Assembly: GCA_025594325.1 (NCBI GenBank)
Contig: JANHCV010000005.1
Location: 62,001-126,000, forward strand
Direction: 5' to 3'
Source: Blastocladiella emersonii ATCC 22665
Taxonomy: Eukaryota > Fungi > Blastocladiomycota
DNA length: 64,000 bases
Below the pieces are notes generated by a model. The model was not told the origin of the DNA, did no database searches, and saw nothing but the letters and a program-made list of their open reading frames with translations. The position numbers and the translations under genes are program-made. Positions 34,026-45,700 of this stretch are shown here, piece by piece (the first letter of the stretch is position 1; every line of letters starts with the position of its first letter).

Positions 34026-34745
34026 TCACAGCCCGCGCGCGGCCATGTCCTCGAGCGTGGGCACGGCGGCCACGACCACGGCCACGGTCGCGGCGCACGC
34101 GTGCACCTTGTCGCAGCCGGCGCACACAGCGTCGTCAGCGCCCGGCGCGGCCGCGATCATGGCGTGCTGGCGGCGCATCAGCGACTTGAGCGCCATCATC
34201 TCGGCCACGTCCGCGTACCGCAGCCGCGCCACGGGGTCGTCCGAGCACCGGTCGTACTCGTCGGCCGCGTGCATCGCGTACGTCGCCGACACCTCGGACG
34301 CCGCGAACCGCACCGTGCGGCGTGCTTGTGGTCCGACAGCCGGCGCGAGCGCGGGCGGCGCGAAGCAGGACGACGCGCCGTCGAGCTCGTCCTCGTCGTC
34401 CTCGTCCTCGCCGACGCCCGAGTCGGTGGTTGCAACGTCGTCCTCGTCCTCGTCGTCGTCGCCGCTATTGAAGGCGCTGTCGGCCTCGTCGTCGTCGCAG
34501 TCGGCCGTGCACAGCGGCGACTTGCCGGTGGTCGTCGTCGCGCGGCACGCGTGCAGGCACGACGCGAGCTCGGCAATGGCCGACGGCGCCGCGGCGAGCG
34601 CGAGGGCGAGCGGCGCGGACACGGTCGGTGAAGGCGGGAGCGGCGCGGTGGTCGAACACGTTGTCGAGGCCGAGGTCGACGCAGACGCGGGCGCGCACAC
34701 GTGCGACGGATTGGACGCGAGCACGAGGAGCGGGGAGGCGGTCAT
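34026..34745 (-). CDS. Acidic, disordered protein with an RVxF-type PP1-docking motif (Bni4/Afr1/neurabin-like)
   Basis: Asp/Glu tract followed by RRTVRFAASEVSATYAMHAADEYDR and a short helical segment. Confidence 0.6.
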   Translation of the reverse strand: MTASPLLVLASNPSHVCAPASASTSASTTCSTTAPLPPSPTVSAPLALALAAAPSAIAELASCLHACRATTTTGKSPLCTADCDDDEADSAFNSGDDDEDEDDVATTDSGVGEDEDDEDELDGASSCFAPPALAPAVGPQARRTVRFAASEVSATYAMHAADEYDRCSDDPVARLRYADVAEMMALKSLMRRQHAMIAAAPGADDAVCAGCDKVHACAATVAVVVAAVPTLEDMAARGL

Positions 34746-35724
34746 GGTGGTGGTTGTGCAGATGGTGATGGTGGTGGTGGTGGTGGTGCAGTGTGCAATG
34801 GATGCGATGAGCGATGAGGGTCACAAAATCGGGCTACGGGGGGCGCGCCAGCTTGATATACGCGTGGGGATCCGCAGCGGCGGCAGGTACGGTGGCGGGC
34901 GGGGCGACGGGCACGACGAGGGCCGCAGGTGTCGCAGGAAGATTTGACTTCTGGCCGTCGAGGTTGGTCGGCGGTGGCGCACGGTGAGCAGCGGTTGCGC
35001 GGGTTGGGCGTGGCCGACGCGTCGATCGGCGGCAGGGACGGCGGCCGTAGAGTGTGTGCGAGGCAGCGAGCGCGCGAAGCAGCGGCAGCGGCAAGGGATG
35101 AGGATAAGGTTGAGGTTTCCGGTGAACGGCGAGCGGGGAGCGGGGAGGGGACGAGGAGCGGAGACTTTTGAGCGCACGTCGCGGTCGTGGTCGCGTTCTC
35201 GGTCGCCGGTTGGTCTCGCGCGCAAGGTTCCGCAGCGGCAGCGGCAGCGGTGCGTCGTCGAGGGAAGGCGGGGAGGTGGCCGTGGAACGCGGTCTCACGG
35301 CGGCGGGTGGGGAGGGTGCTCGCGCAACGGCCGAGGAGGGGGGCGTGTCTCGCGGCAGGCGGTGCTGCGGCGCGCGGTGGTCGGTGGTCGGGGTCTCACG
35401 CGTTGAAAGCAGGCGCGAGGGATCCTGCACTGCCGTAATAGATCGGGGCAGAGACTACGAGGTCCGAGAGGGGGAGGGAGAGAAAGAATCGACGCCGCCG
35501 TGTTCGAGAGCCTTTTGCAGCGGCGCGAGCTAGGGCAGGCGTTATCTAATTTTCTTCGCGAGGGCGGCGCGCACGAGTGGACGGAAGAAACAAGCACGTT
35601 CGCGGGGCCAATAATCGCGCGTCGATAAGCGAAGCAGCCCCCCACGTGCATGGCGCAGCACTCCTCCCGTCATTCCGCGCCACGGTCCCGTCATCGCACT
35701 CGATCGAATGAAAGTGTATTGCGG

Positions 35725-36846
35725 TCAGAGTTTCAACACCGTGGCCGCGAGCGCCGACAGCGCCGCGTCGACGGCCGCGTCGGTCGCGTCCGGGTCGTGC
35801 AGCGCCGCGTACTCGGCGTCCTTGGCCGCCTGCACGCGCCGCGTCGCGCGCAGCATCTGCCCGACGCCGGGCCCGTTGGTCAGGCCCGTCACGGCCATGA
35901 TGCGCGTGCCGTCGATGCGGTCCTTGACCGGCTTGTTCGCCGCGAGCTCGGCCAGCCACGCCTCGAGCGCGCCGCGCTGCCCAAAGTAGTCGAGCGCCTC
36001 GTCAACCACCTTGGACACCTCCTCAGGGGACACGCGCTCGGGTGGTGGGGATGCTGGCGTGTCGCCGAGCTCGGCGGTCGCGCCCTCGGCCAGGATCGTG
36101 ATCAGCTCGACGTAGCGCGGCCGGATCGCCATGCGCCGGCTCTGCTCGCCCGTCTTGGGCAGCGACGCGAGGAACGCCGCCGGCGAGAAGAACCGGCACC
36201 GCCGCAGCCACTCGGCGAGGTCGCGCGGCGTCGCGAACCCGGCCGCGTGCACCGCGCGGTCGAGCCCGGCAAAGTCGAGCACTGCGAGGTAGTCGGTCGT
36301 CAGCACAAACTCGCGCGGCCGCTGCCCGCTCTGCGGCCCGCCCGGCGCGTTGGCCCGCAGCACAAACCCCGTCTGCGTCAGCTTGAACCCGAACGGCCGC
36401 AGGATCTGGCCCAGCACGCTGCTCTTGTCGCCGTCATCGAACCAGTCGCACGCGAACGCAAACTCGGTCGTTGAGGGGAGCGGGATCAGGTCCACTTGCA
36501 CCCGCGACGGCGCGTCGGGGTCGGTGCTCCCTGCCCTCGCGTCGTGCACGAGGTGCACCTCGAGCGGCGTCGCCTTGAACTCGGCGATAGCGCCCTGCGG
36601 CAGGTGTGGCCGCAGCGTGTCGGGCAGCACGCGGAGGTGGTCCGCGACCTTGCCGGTCGGTGCGGACGGCAGGTGCATGAGGATATCGACGTCGCCAAAG
36701 TCGGACTTGCCGGGCGCCGACCGCGGGACGTGCGTCAGTGCACCCGGGTACGCGGCGAGCAGGGCGCGGGTGTAGGTGGCGACAATGGCGTCGTGCAGCG
36801 CGCGGCCGACGCGTGCCGTTGGTTCGGCAAAGGTGCGGCCTCCCAT
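35725..36846 (-). CDS. Orphan nucleotidyltransferase (Pol-beta superfamily), 373 aa
   Basis: ATG at 36846 (MGGRTF). Catalytic-type motif GKSDFGDVDIL and third-Asp strand RVQVDLI. The C-terminal IDGTRIMAVTGLTNGPGVGQML resembles the tail of CCA-adding/poly(A) enzymes. Intronless. Confidence 0.75.
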   Translation of the reverse strand: MGGRTFAEPTARVGRALHDAIVATYTRALLAAYPGALTHVPRSAPGKSDFGDVDILMHLPSAPTGKVADHLRVLPDTLRPHLPQGAIAEFKATPLEVHLVHDARAGSTDPDAPSRVQVDLIPLPSTTEFAFACDWFDDGDKSSVLGQILRPFGFKLTQTGFVLRANAPGGPQSGQRPREFVLTTDYLAVLDFAGLDRAVHAAGFATPRDLAEWLRRCRFFSPAAFLASLPKTGEQSRRMAIRPRYVELITILAEGATAELGDTPASPPPERVSPEEVSKVVDEALDYFGQRGALEAWLAELAANKPVKDRIDGTRIMAVTGLTNGPGVGQMLRATRRVQAAKDAEYAALHDPDATDAAVDAALSALAATVLKL

Positions 36847-37124
36847 GGTGTTAATTCGTGTCTGGGGGGTGAGGGACACGGCGCGCGCGCAGTCTATTTG
36901 ATGCGACTGCGCCAAGTCGCACGCGGCTTCTAGCGGTGATTCATGGTCGGTGTCGAATGTGTCGCGAGCAGCGTGAGGCCGCGTCGGTCGACGCTGGGAA
37001 GAGGAGTGGCGCAACGTCGAGTCGACTCGATTGGTCGGTCGCACGTCACCAGCCACGTCGGAGCTAGAGTGTCAAACGCCGCACAGCCGTCCTCTCTTGC
37101 TCTCCCCCACCTCGATTATTTACC

Positions 37125-38424
37125 ATGTCGGTCAGTATCCTGCTATGTAACGCTTCCCGGCGACGCTGCCGCTGCCGTCGTCCACGAATTTTCGCGCAGC
37201 TCGCCGCCCGCGACCTCGGTCGGATTTCCGGCGGGCTGCCCTCCGCGACGACGACGACGACGCTGCTGCGAAAATGCCCCGCGAACGTGTGACTGACGAG
37301 GTTGCCACCCGCTTCCATCCACCTCGCAGGCCGCTCGCCCCGTTGTCAACGTCCACGGCGATAAGAAGGTTGTGGGCTCCCTGCCCCTCCCCGCCGTCTT
37401 CAAGGCGCCCATCCGCCCCGATGTCGTCAAGGCCGTGTACAAGAACATCGCCAAGAACAAGCGCCAGGCGTACGCCGTCTCGACCAAGGCCGGTCACCAG
37501 ACCTCGGCCGAGTCGTGGGGTACCGGTCGCGCCGTTGCGCGTATCCCCCGTGTCGGCGGTTCGGGCACCCACCGCGCCGGCCAGGCCGCCTTCGGCAACA
37601 TGTGCCGCGGCGGTCGCATGTTCGCCCCCACCAAGGTGTGGCGCCGCTGGCACGTGCGCACCAACGTCAACGAGAAGCGCTTCGCCGTTGTCTCGGCCCT
37701 CGCAGCCTCGGCCATCCCCGCCCTCGTGATGGCCCGCGGTCACCGCGTCGAGCGCGTTGCCGAGGTCCCCCTCGTCATTGCCGACGCTGCCGAGTCGCTC
37801 ACCAAGACCAAGGACGCCGTGGCCCTGCTCCGCAGCCTCAAGGCCTACGACGACGTCAAGAAGGTGATCCACTCCAAGAAGCTCCGCGCCGGCCAGGGCA
37901 AGCTCCGTAACCGCCGCTTCACCCAGCGCCGCGGTCCCCTCGTTGTCTACGGCAACGACAACGGCATTGTCCGCGCCTTCCGCAACATCCCCGGCATCGA
38001 GCTCGCCCACGTCTCCCGCCTCAACCTCCTCCAGCTCGCCCCCGGTGCCCACCTCGGCCGCTTCATCATCTGGACCGAGTCGGCCTTCAAGGCCCTCGAC
38101 TCCATCTTCGGCACCTTCGCCGAGAAGTCGCAGCAGAAGACCGGCTACTACCTGCCCCAGGCCATTATGGCCAACGCCGACCTCGCCCGCATCATCAACT
38201 CGGACGAGATCCAGTCGGTTGTCAAGGCCGCCGGCGCCAAGAAGACCAAGCGCCCCTTCTCGCAGAAGAAGAACCCGCTCAAGAACAACGGCGTCATGAT
38301 CCGCCTCAACCCCTACGCCGCCGTTGTCAAGCGCACCGAGATCCTCGGCAAGGTGTCCAAGAAGACCACCAAGTCGAAGGCCCGCGCCTCGCCCGCCTTC
38401 GTTGCCCAGCTCAAGGCCCTGTAA
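37125..38424 (+). CDS. RPL4: 60S ribosomal protein L4 (uL4)
   Basis: ATG-TCG at 37125-37130, intron 37131-37329, then [57 protein letters not shown]. Confidence 0.99.
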
Positions 38425-38721
38425 GTCGCTCCACCGACTTCAGTATCCCGCGCTGGTGGTGCCGCCGTGTTTTGGTTGTGAGCGGGAGCGATGCCCCGGT
38501 GTCGTTGACTGCGTGTGACGAATACATGAGCTTGTCCCCCCTTGAATCCCTTTGTCGTCTTTGCCCTCGGTCTTCTAGAGGTGAGCTTCCTTCTGCTTGA
38601 GCACTCTCGTCATAGTCCCCCTGCTCTCGACCAGCATCGCCTTGCCATGTCGAAGGTTGCCAAGGGAGACCTGCAGAGAGACCAGAGACACAAAAGCACA
38701 TATGTATTAGTCGAATCAAAG

Positions 38722-40025
38722 CTACTCGTCATCCTCCTCGTCGTCACTCTCACCCTGCGCGGCCTCCTCGTCATCCTCGTCATCGTCCTCATCCTCGTCA
38801 TCGACCTCGCTCTCATCCGACTCGTCGCCCTGCTCGGCGAGAATGGCGCGGATCGTGTCCTCGAGACCCGCGAGCATCTCGGCGTCGACAGCGTCGGGAG
38901 CGTGCTCGGCGGCCTTCTTGAAGTAGGCGACGGCCATCATGTAGGCGTTGGCGACCTTGTCGGCGTCCTCGTCGAGCATCTCGGCCACGGCGCCCTGGTT
39001 GACGCACGTCTCGGCGAGCGGCAGGAAGTTGGCCTCGTTCGGGTGGTCGTCCGTGTCTCGGGCCTTGGCGAGGAGGGTGTGGGCTACAGGCGCGTGTGTT
39101 CGAGGAATGAGCGGTTGAATCGACACGGCGGCTGCGAGAAGCGAAAGGTACCCGTGTCGAGCAGCTCGGCGGCGATCAGGAGCTTGTTCTTGTCGACGGG
39201 CTTGTCGGCCTCGGCGCGCTCGCCCTGCTCCTCGACGACGGCGGTGGCCTTGAGCAGGAGCACCTGGCCGACGCCGAGGTGCTTGACGGACGAGTCGTTG
39301 TCGAGCGTCTGCCACAGGGCCTCGACCGTGTCGATCGACGGGACGGCGGGCTCGTCGGCCTCCTCGTCGTCGTCGCCGTCCTTGTCGGCTGGCGTCAGAC
39401 GGCGGTGCGCGATCCACGCAATCGCCTCGCGGTCGGCGTGCGGGACGGCGTCGGCGTACACGTCGAGGTCCTTCTGGGCGATCTTGGTCCCGGCGAGCAG
39501 GGCGCCGCCGACCTTGAGGACGGCCTGGACCGCCGCGCGGGTGGGCGCGTGCGCGATCGCAGCGGACGGCGCGGGCACGGTGGCGGGGACCTCGGCGAGC
39601 GTGTCGCGGGCAATGTCAAGGAACTCACCAGCGTGCTTGGCCTCGTCGGCGCCGTACGCGGCGGTCCAGAACAGCGCGAGCGCGTAGACGAGGCGCAGGA
39701 CGGCGTGGTCGCCGGCGGGCAGCAGGTCGGCGTCCGCGGCGGCGAGCCCGAGCTGGCGCGCGGCCTCGTGCACGGTGCCGCGCAGGAGCGTGCGGCCCTG
39801 GTCCGCGTCACCCGCGGCGATCCGCGACGTGGCCGCGTGCAGCATGGCGGCGACCTCGGCCACCTCGTGGTCCTCCTCGACGTCGCCGACGAACAGCGTC
39901 TGCGCGTTCTCGGACGGATCGGCCGCCGAGGCGTCGGCAGCGGGCGAGGCGGTGTCGCCGCGCGCGCGCTTCGAGGCGGGCTCGGCGGTGCTCTTCTTCA
40001 GGCCCTTGGCGCGCTTCGGTGGCAT
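38722..40025 (-). CDS. ETT1: Ett1/Nro1-like nuclear TPR-helical protein
   Basis: Basic NLS-like start MPPKRAKGLKKS; acidic EEDHEVAEV; LLRGTVHEAARQL and LVYALAL match the Ett1/Nro1 pattern (GIVHECDRLL..FALAL). Intron 39084-39151; acidic C-terminal tail. Confidence 0.6.
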
Positions 40026-41329
40026 GGTTGTTGATACGTTGCAGGGGTGGGTGTGCTGAGGGGAGAGCGAAAGGGACGGACGAGCGAGATCAGAGTTTTT
40101 GCTCGTCTCGCGGCACACGTGTGCCTTGCAGCTGAGCTCGCTCTTCGCTTCCCCCCCTACTCATCCGACCTCCACGGCAGACCCGCGACCTCACCGTGCG
40201 GCAACTTGATGCATTCTACGCGCCAGCACCACGCAGCGCGATAGGCCGGGTCCCAGCGCTGGACACCCTCAAGCGGCCGCAGATCGCCGCCCTTCCCGCC
40301 ACTTGCGCACCCGCGGCCACGTCGAGAGCCAGGCCGCTTCGCTGTCCTCGGCACCATGCCGACTCGAGCGTTGACGACACGCTCGAGCGTGGACGGAGTG
40401 TGGCGGCGGACGCGGCGGCGCACAAGCCGGCGGCCCCGTTTCATTAGGCGGCAGGGCCACATGACGCGCCTGCGTTTCGGCCTGCTTGCGTCGCCACCCG
40501 CGCTTCACTTCATTTCAGGAACCGTTGTTGCTGCCGTTCCATGCAGCGCGACGCGGGGTAGCTAGCCCCATAGTGCTTGCGCCTTGGCGCGCCATGATTC
40601 GTCGCCTGCGGTGCCACACTCCCTCGGGCCCGACGGCATCCCCCGCAGACGTCGCCTCGCGCTCGCTCTCTCTCCTCCGCTCGCACACGCACCCGCCCTT
40701 CCCTGCAACGTATCGTCCTGCAGCTCGCTGCACGCACTACCGCCGGTCCACCCGCCGCGCTCGATCCACGATCCCCTCTGCCGACGGCCCCTCGCACCCG
40801 TTGCCGCGTACTCGTCGGACTCGTGTCCGTGGTGGTAAGTGCCTGCTCGCTTTTCTCCGGGTGGATCCCTCAGGATCGATCTGCCTGCCTTTGGTCGCAT
40901 CCATCGCTGCCACCTCGCCGCGTCCGCGTCGCGCGACACGGTCCCGCTGTGGTGGTGGTGGCGGCGGCGCCCATCGAGGCGGCGGCGGAGGCGCAAGGGC
41001 AAGCCTTGACCATGGCCGAAGCCTCGCTTCCTGGCAAGCCCTTGCTCGTTGCAGGATCCCGAGGGACCCGCTCGCTCGCTCGCCGTGACGCCTCGTCGTC
41101 ATTGTGGCGGCCGGCTTCGCGCCATCGTCAGCGTCCGTTGCGGTTCGCTAACCTGACCCTTCCTTCCTGCTGCTCCCTCGCCGCGCGCCGTGTTAGACGT
41201 CCATAGACACTTAGAATAGACCGACGACCACCCGACCTGCGCACGCGCCGAGCCACACTGGCCCATCTCGCTCCTCGCTCTGCTGCCGCTATCGCCACCC
41301 GCATCTTCATACCACCGTCCATTTCCACC

Positions 41330-44085
41330 ATGCGCGCACCAGCAACACCAAGAGCCGGCCTGCTCGCCGCTGGCCTACTCGCCGCCGCCCTCATCGCCGT
41401 GCTCGTTGGCTCGGCCCGCGCCGCCGAGTACAAGCTCGGTCTCGCGCTCCCGCTCACGGGCCCCGACCGCGAGCTCGTCACCGCCATCAAGGAGGTCATC
41501 GAGCTCGGCATGGAGGACGTGAACGCGTGGGCGCGCACCGACTTTGCCGGCAACACCTTCTCGCTCAAGGTGTACGACACGCAGGACCACGAGTCGGCCG
41601 CCGTCGCCGCCATGTTCGACGCGTCGCGCACCGGCATCCTCGGCATGATCGGCGAGTTCGACTCGTCGCCCACCATCCCCATGGCGCTCGCCGGCAACCA
41701 GTTCAACATGTGGCAGTGCTCGGGCTCCGTCACCACCCCAACGCTCTCCGACAAGTCCGAGTACCAGCGCTTCTTCCGCACCCTGCCCGCCGACCACAAC
41801 CAGGGCGCCGTCCTCGCCTACTGGGTCCGCAACATGGGGTGGCGCAGCTGCGCCATCCTCGCCGTCTCCAACAGCTACGGCGAGGGCATCACCCAGCGCT
41901 TCCTGCAGACCGCCAGCGAGGTCGGCATCCGCGTCGAGACGGTCCAGAGCTTCACGCCCAGCAACAACGCCCTGTCCAACGGGTACAAGGTGCCCATCGA
42001 CGGCATCAAGAACTCGGGCACCCGCATCGTCCTCTTCTTCGGCTCCGAGGGCGACCTCATCGACATCTCCAAGGAGGCCCGCAAGCAGGGCATCATGGGC
42101 AACAAGGAGTGGGTCTGGATCGGGTCCGACGGCATCGCCACCATCGCCCAGGACTCGGCCAAGGCCCGCTTCACCGCCGCCGAGCTGTCCGTGACCGACG
42201 GCATGTTCTACCCGTTCTTTGCCGAGAAGGGCGCCAGCTTCCTCTCGTTCCTCGACCGTTACAAGCAAAAGTACAAGCGCTCCGACACCCCCTTCTTCGG
42301 CACCACCACGCTCGACTGCGCGCACGGCCTCGCCCGCGGCCTCGCCGCCATGACCAAGCGCAACGGCGAAAACGCGACGCTGTCGCGCGACTACCGCAAC
42401 GCGTCCATCAAGGACTTCCTCGTCAACTTCACCTCGCCCACCACCGGCACCGTCAACTTTGACGCCAACGGCGACCGCGTCGGGCCCTACTACGTCTACA
42501 ACGTGTTCGGCGGCAAGATGTCGGTCGCGTACACGGTCGACGCCGCCGCCAAGTCCATCACGCCGTCGCCCGACTACAAGGCCAAGTTCTTTGGCGGGTC
42601 GACCGACGTGCCGCTCGACCGCCCCGTGCAGTCGCGCAAGTACCCGGTCTACACCGACTTCGGCGCCATCATCGTCCTCGCCCTCACGGCAATCCTCGCC
42701 ATCACCATCGTCGCCACCGTCGGCTACCTGTTCGTGCACCGTGGCCACAGCAACGTCAAGAACATGTCGCTCCCCTTCGTCGTCATGATCGCCGTCGGCC
42801 TGCTCTTCGTGCTCGCGTCCACGGTCCTCTGGATCGGCGAGCCCTCGGCCGCCACGTGCGGCGCCGGCCGCTGGACGTTTGCTCTCGGCTACGAGCTCGT
42901 CGTCAGTGCGACTGCTGCGGTACGTTCTCCCTCGTGTTGCTCGTCCCGCGAATTGTGTGCTGACCCACGTCGCCGTTTCTCCCTTCGTAGAAATCCTTCC
43001 GCATCTATGCCATCTTCGACAACAGCACGCTGCGCAAGCTCAACAAGCTGACCAACTCGTACCTGCTCCTCGGGTGCTCGCTCATCGTCGCGGTGCAGAT
43101 CGGCATTCTCGTCGTGTGGTCGGTGATCGCGCCGCTCCGCCCGCGCCAGCGCAGCACCTTCACGTCCTACTATTTCGAGTGCGCGTCCGACTCGGCCAAC
43201 CTCGACCAGGCCTTCTACATCGTGTCGCTCGTCTACAACGGCCTGCTGCTCGTCGTCGTGTCGTACCTCGCCTACAAGACGCGCAAGGCGTACTCGGCGT
43301 TCCGCGAGTCGCGCTTCATCTTCTACTCGGTGCAGAACATTTTCCTGTCGGGGCTCGTCGTCTCGCCGTTCCTGTTCATCGTCGGCGGCGACTTCAACCT
43401 CGGCGCGTATTACATCCGGTCCGCGACCATCCTGTACGCGGTCGGGTTCACGTACGCGTGCCTGGTCGGGCGCATCGCGCTCGGCCTGTACATGGCCATC
43501 ACCAAGTCGTCCAACACGGGGGTCAAGATGAACCTCAGCAACGGCGGCAGCTCCAGCGGCGGCGGGATCAGCACGGGCGAGGTGATGCCCGGCAAGCCGC
43601 AGACCATGGCGGGCAAGTACCCGATCAAGCTCGGCAACCGCCTGTTCGAGACGTGGCACACGCACCGGCTCACGCTGTTCGCGCTCGAGGGGTACCTCGG
43701 CATGACGCGGCTCACCAACAACACGGAGCAGGGCAAGCTGTTCAAGCTGCGCTCGATCCAGTTCGACCCGACGCCGTCCGCGTACCCGCTCTGCATCGAG
43801 ATCCGCGCCGACTCGACCTCCTACATTGTCCAGTTCAACAAGGAGGACGACAAGGCCAAGTGGGTCCGCGCCCTCTCGGTCCACTGCCTCGTCATGTCCA
43901 AGTCGTCGGCTAACAAGTCGACCATGGGGCCCAACGGACTCTCGACCGCCGGACCTGCGGGTACCCTCGGCGGCGGCGCAGCTACCTCGCGCATGCAGTT
44001 CTCCATGGCCGGCGCCCACGGTCACGGCGCCACGAGCCAGATCACGTCCCAGTACGGCGGCGGGTTCAAGTCGACCAACGGCTAG
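41330..44085 (+). CDS. Class C (GABA-B/glutamate-like) GPCR: signal peptide, Venus flytrap domain, 7TM, C-terminal PH-like domain
   Basis: VFT motifs LGLALPLTG, GEFDSS, PTLSDKSEYQRFFRTLPAD, GWRSCAIL..YG. Intron 42920-42990 restores TM3 ...ATAA-KSFRIYAIF. Seven hydrophobic helices; ECL2 Cys (YFECAS); TRKAYSAFRES before TM6. No cysteine-rich linker. Probable 5'UTR intron at 40835-41196. Confidence 0.93.
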
Positions 44086-44199
44086 ACGGCGCCGCGTTGC
44101 CGCCGCCCCCGCCATCGCTCAGGTGCAGGAGACTCGGTCGTGTAGATTATTGTCATCAATCAGTATATGTCCCATTAGTGTGTCGTGAGCTCGCCCCGA

Positions 44200-45700
44200 A
44201 TCACTGGCTGAAGAAGGGCCGACGCAGCTGTTTGCGCTCGGAGCAGTTTTGGCAACGCGAATTGAGCTGCGGCCGTCGCGACTGCGGCCATGGCCATCGT
44301 CGGTACCAAACTCCATGGCCGCGGTGCTAGCACACCGTTTGCGGATACACGGCCTGAGCACGCCGATAAAGCTCATGCACTAGACTGCGCCCACATTTCC
44401 TTCGATTCAAGCGATGGAAGGTACAATCAGGGGATGCAATCGACCACACTGCTGCGTTTTTTTCTAGCAGGCCGAAGGCAGGATCAACGGGAACAAGGGC
44501 GTCACGGACAGCAACATCGGGTAAGGTCGATGCTCCCGCATGATGGCCCGTACGTTCACCTCCCCTTGAAATGTGCCCAGGAAAAAGCTGACCCATCGAT
44601 CGTCGCGGGGCTAGGGACTCGGCTTCACTACTGCTGCACCATGGGATCATGTTCATTCTCGGACTTTTTCAGCCCATGTACGTAGGTTGCCTCGAGAGGA
44701 GCCAGCACACTCATCGTTGCACGCACGTAGAAAGCGCGCTCGCTTCTTGTCATATTATATAAAATCATCTGGTCATCGTACTTGACGCCGTGACCAACCG
44801 AACCTCGTAGCTGCAGGCGTTCAAGCGCTCGGGTAGCTCCGTCTCGTGTTACTGCACGCCTCATCTCGCATAACTGAAAGTACAACTCGTTGAGCCCTCG
44901 CAGCTCCGAGGAGAGCCTCTGGACGTTGAGCGAGCGGGAGAGGATCAAGCGCAGTGCCGTAACAAGGTCGAGGGCCGCGCCTTACCACGCGAGAAAGTTA
45001 CGAGGGATATCCCGCCCTGCATGTCGCGCTTGCGCGTCCATCTCCGGCTCCCAGCGCTGCGCAACCGTTGTCACGAGCCATCAATGCGCTACATGGCTGC
45101 CGCTTAGGTTTCACTGCGGCGGTCGGACGCGCTTTTCGTCCGACCATCAGCCCAGCCATCACGAGCACGCTTGTCACCGATCCCTGCCGTGCTCACTTTT
45201 CATCGCGAGGAGCGGTTTGATCATGTCACTGATGACGATTGAACTCGGTTTCCACATCGTGTCAGCGGCATTCACCACGGAAATGTTTGAAGGGCGGCAT
45301 GGCACCGAGGGCAGGTCGCTCGGAACTGCCCAGCTGAGTACAGCAAGATCCCCACAAGGATACCGCCCAAGGCGAAAGCGGCGGTCGCGTCGTACGTCGA
45401 AGTTGATATATAAACGCGACGCGTGCCACTGCAAAGACAACGAGAACTGCTGCACCAGTCAAACTGCGTGCGATTTCCATGGCTGCAGCGCAGCACTTGA
45501 ACTATCGGTCTGGAGGCGGAACGAACTCTGGGCCGTTGACAATTTCGTAGCGCATGTTTCGCACCAGGTAAGGTAGCGAGACAATCAGCGCCAAGTGCGC
45601 ACGGATGCATACGACGACGACTGACATTCCAACAACAGTCCCGCAACGTGGACGTAGTCCCGCTCGCGAGCATAAACGTTCAAGCGCCGCTGCACGTGGT
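44200..45700 (-). pseudogene. Decayed coding-like remnants in AT-shifted DNA
   Basis: Several ~70-130 codon protein-like stretches in collinear frames, interrupted by stops (six between 45176 and ~44980 in one frame). No recognisable family. Confidence 0.25.

Noticed and set aside
34755-34790. Poly-His ORF (HHHHHHHH) from (CAC)n
   Set aside because: A trinucleotide microsatellite in the 5'UTR of the 34745 gene, in a different frame from the CDS.
37131-37329. Intronic snoRNA in RPL4
   Set aside because: No RUGAUGA box C or terminal CUGA/ACA arrangement is visible.
40100-41300. Multiple short ORFs upstream of the GPCR
   Set aside because: No coding signature; consistent with the shared ETT1/GPCR promoter and a ~360-nt 5'UTR intron (GTAAGT at 40835, GCTAAC..TTAG at 41196).
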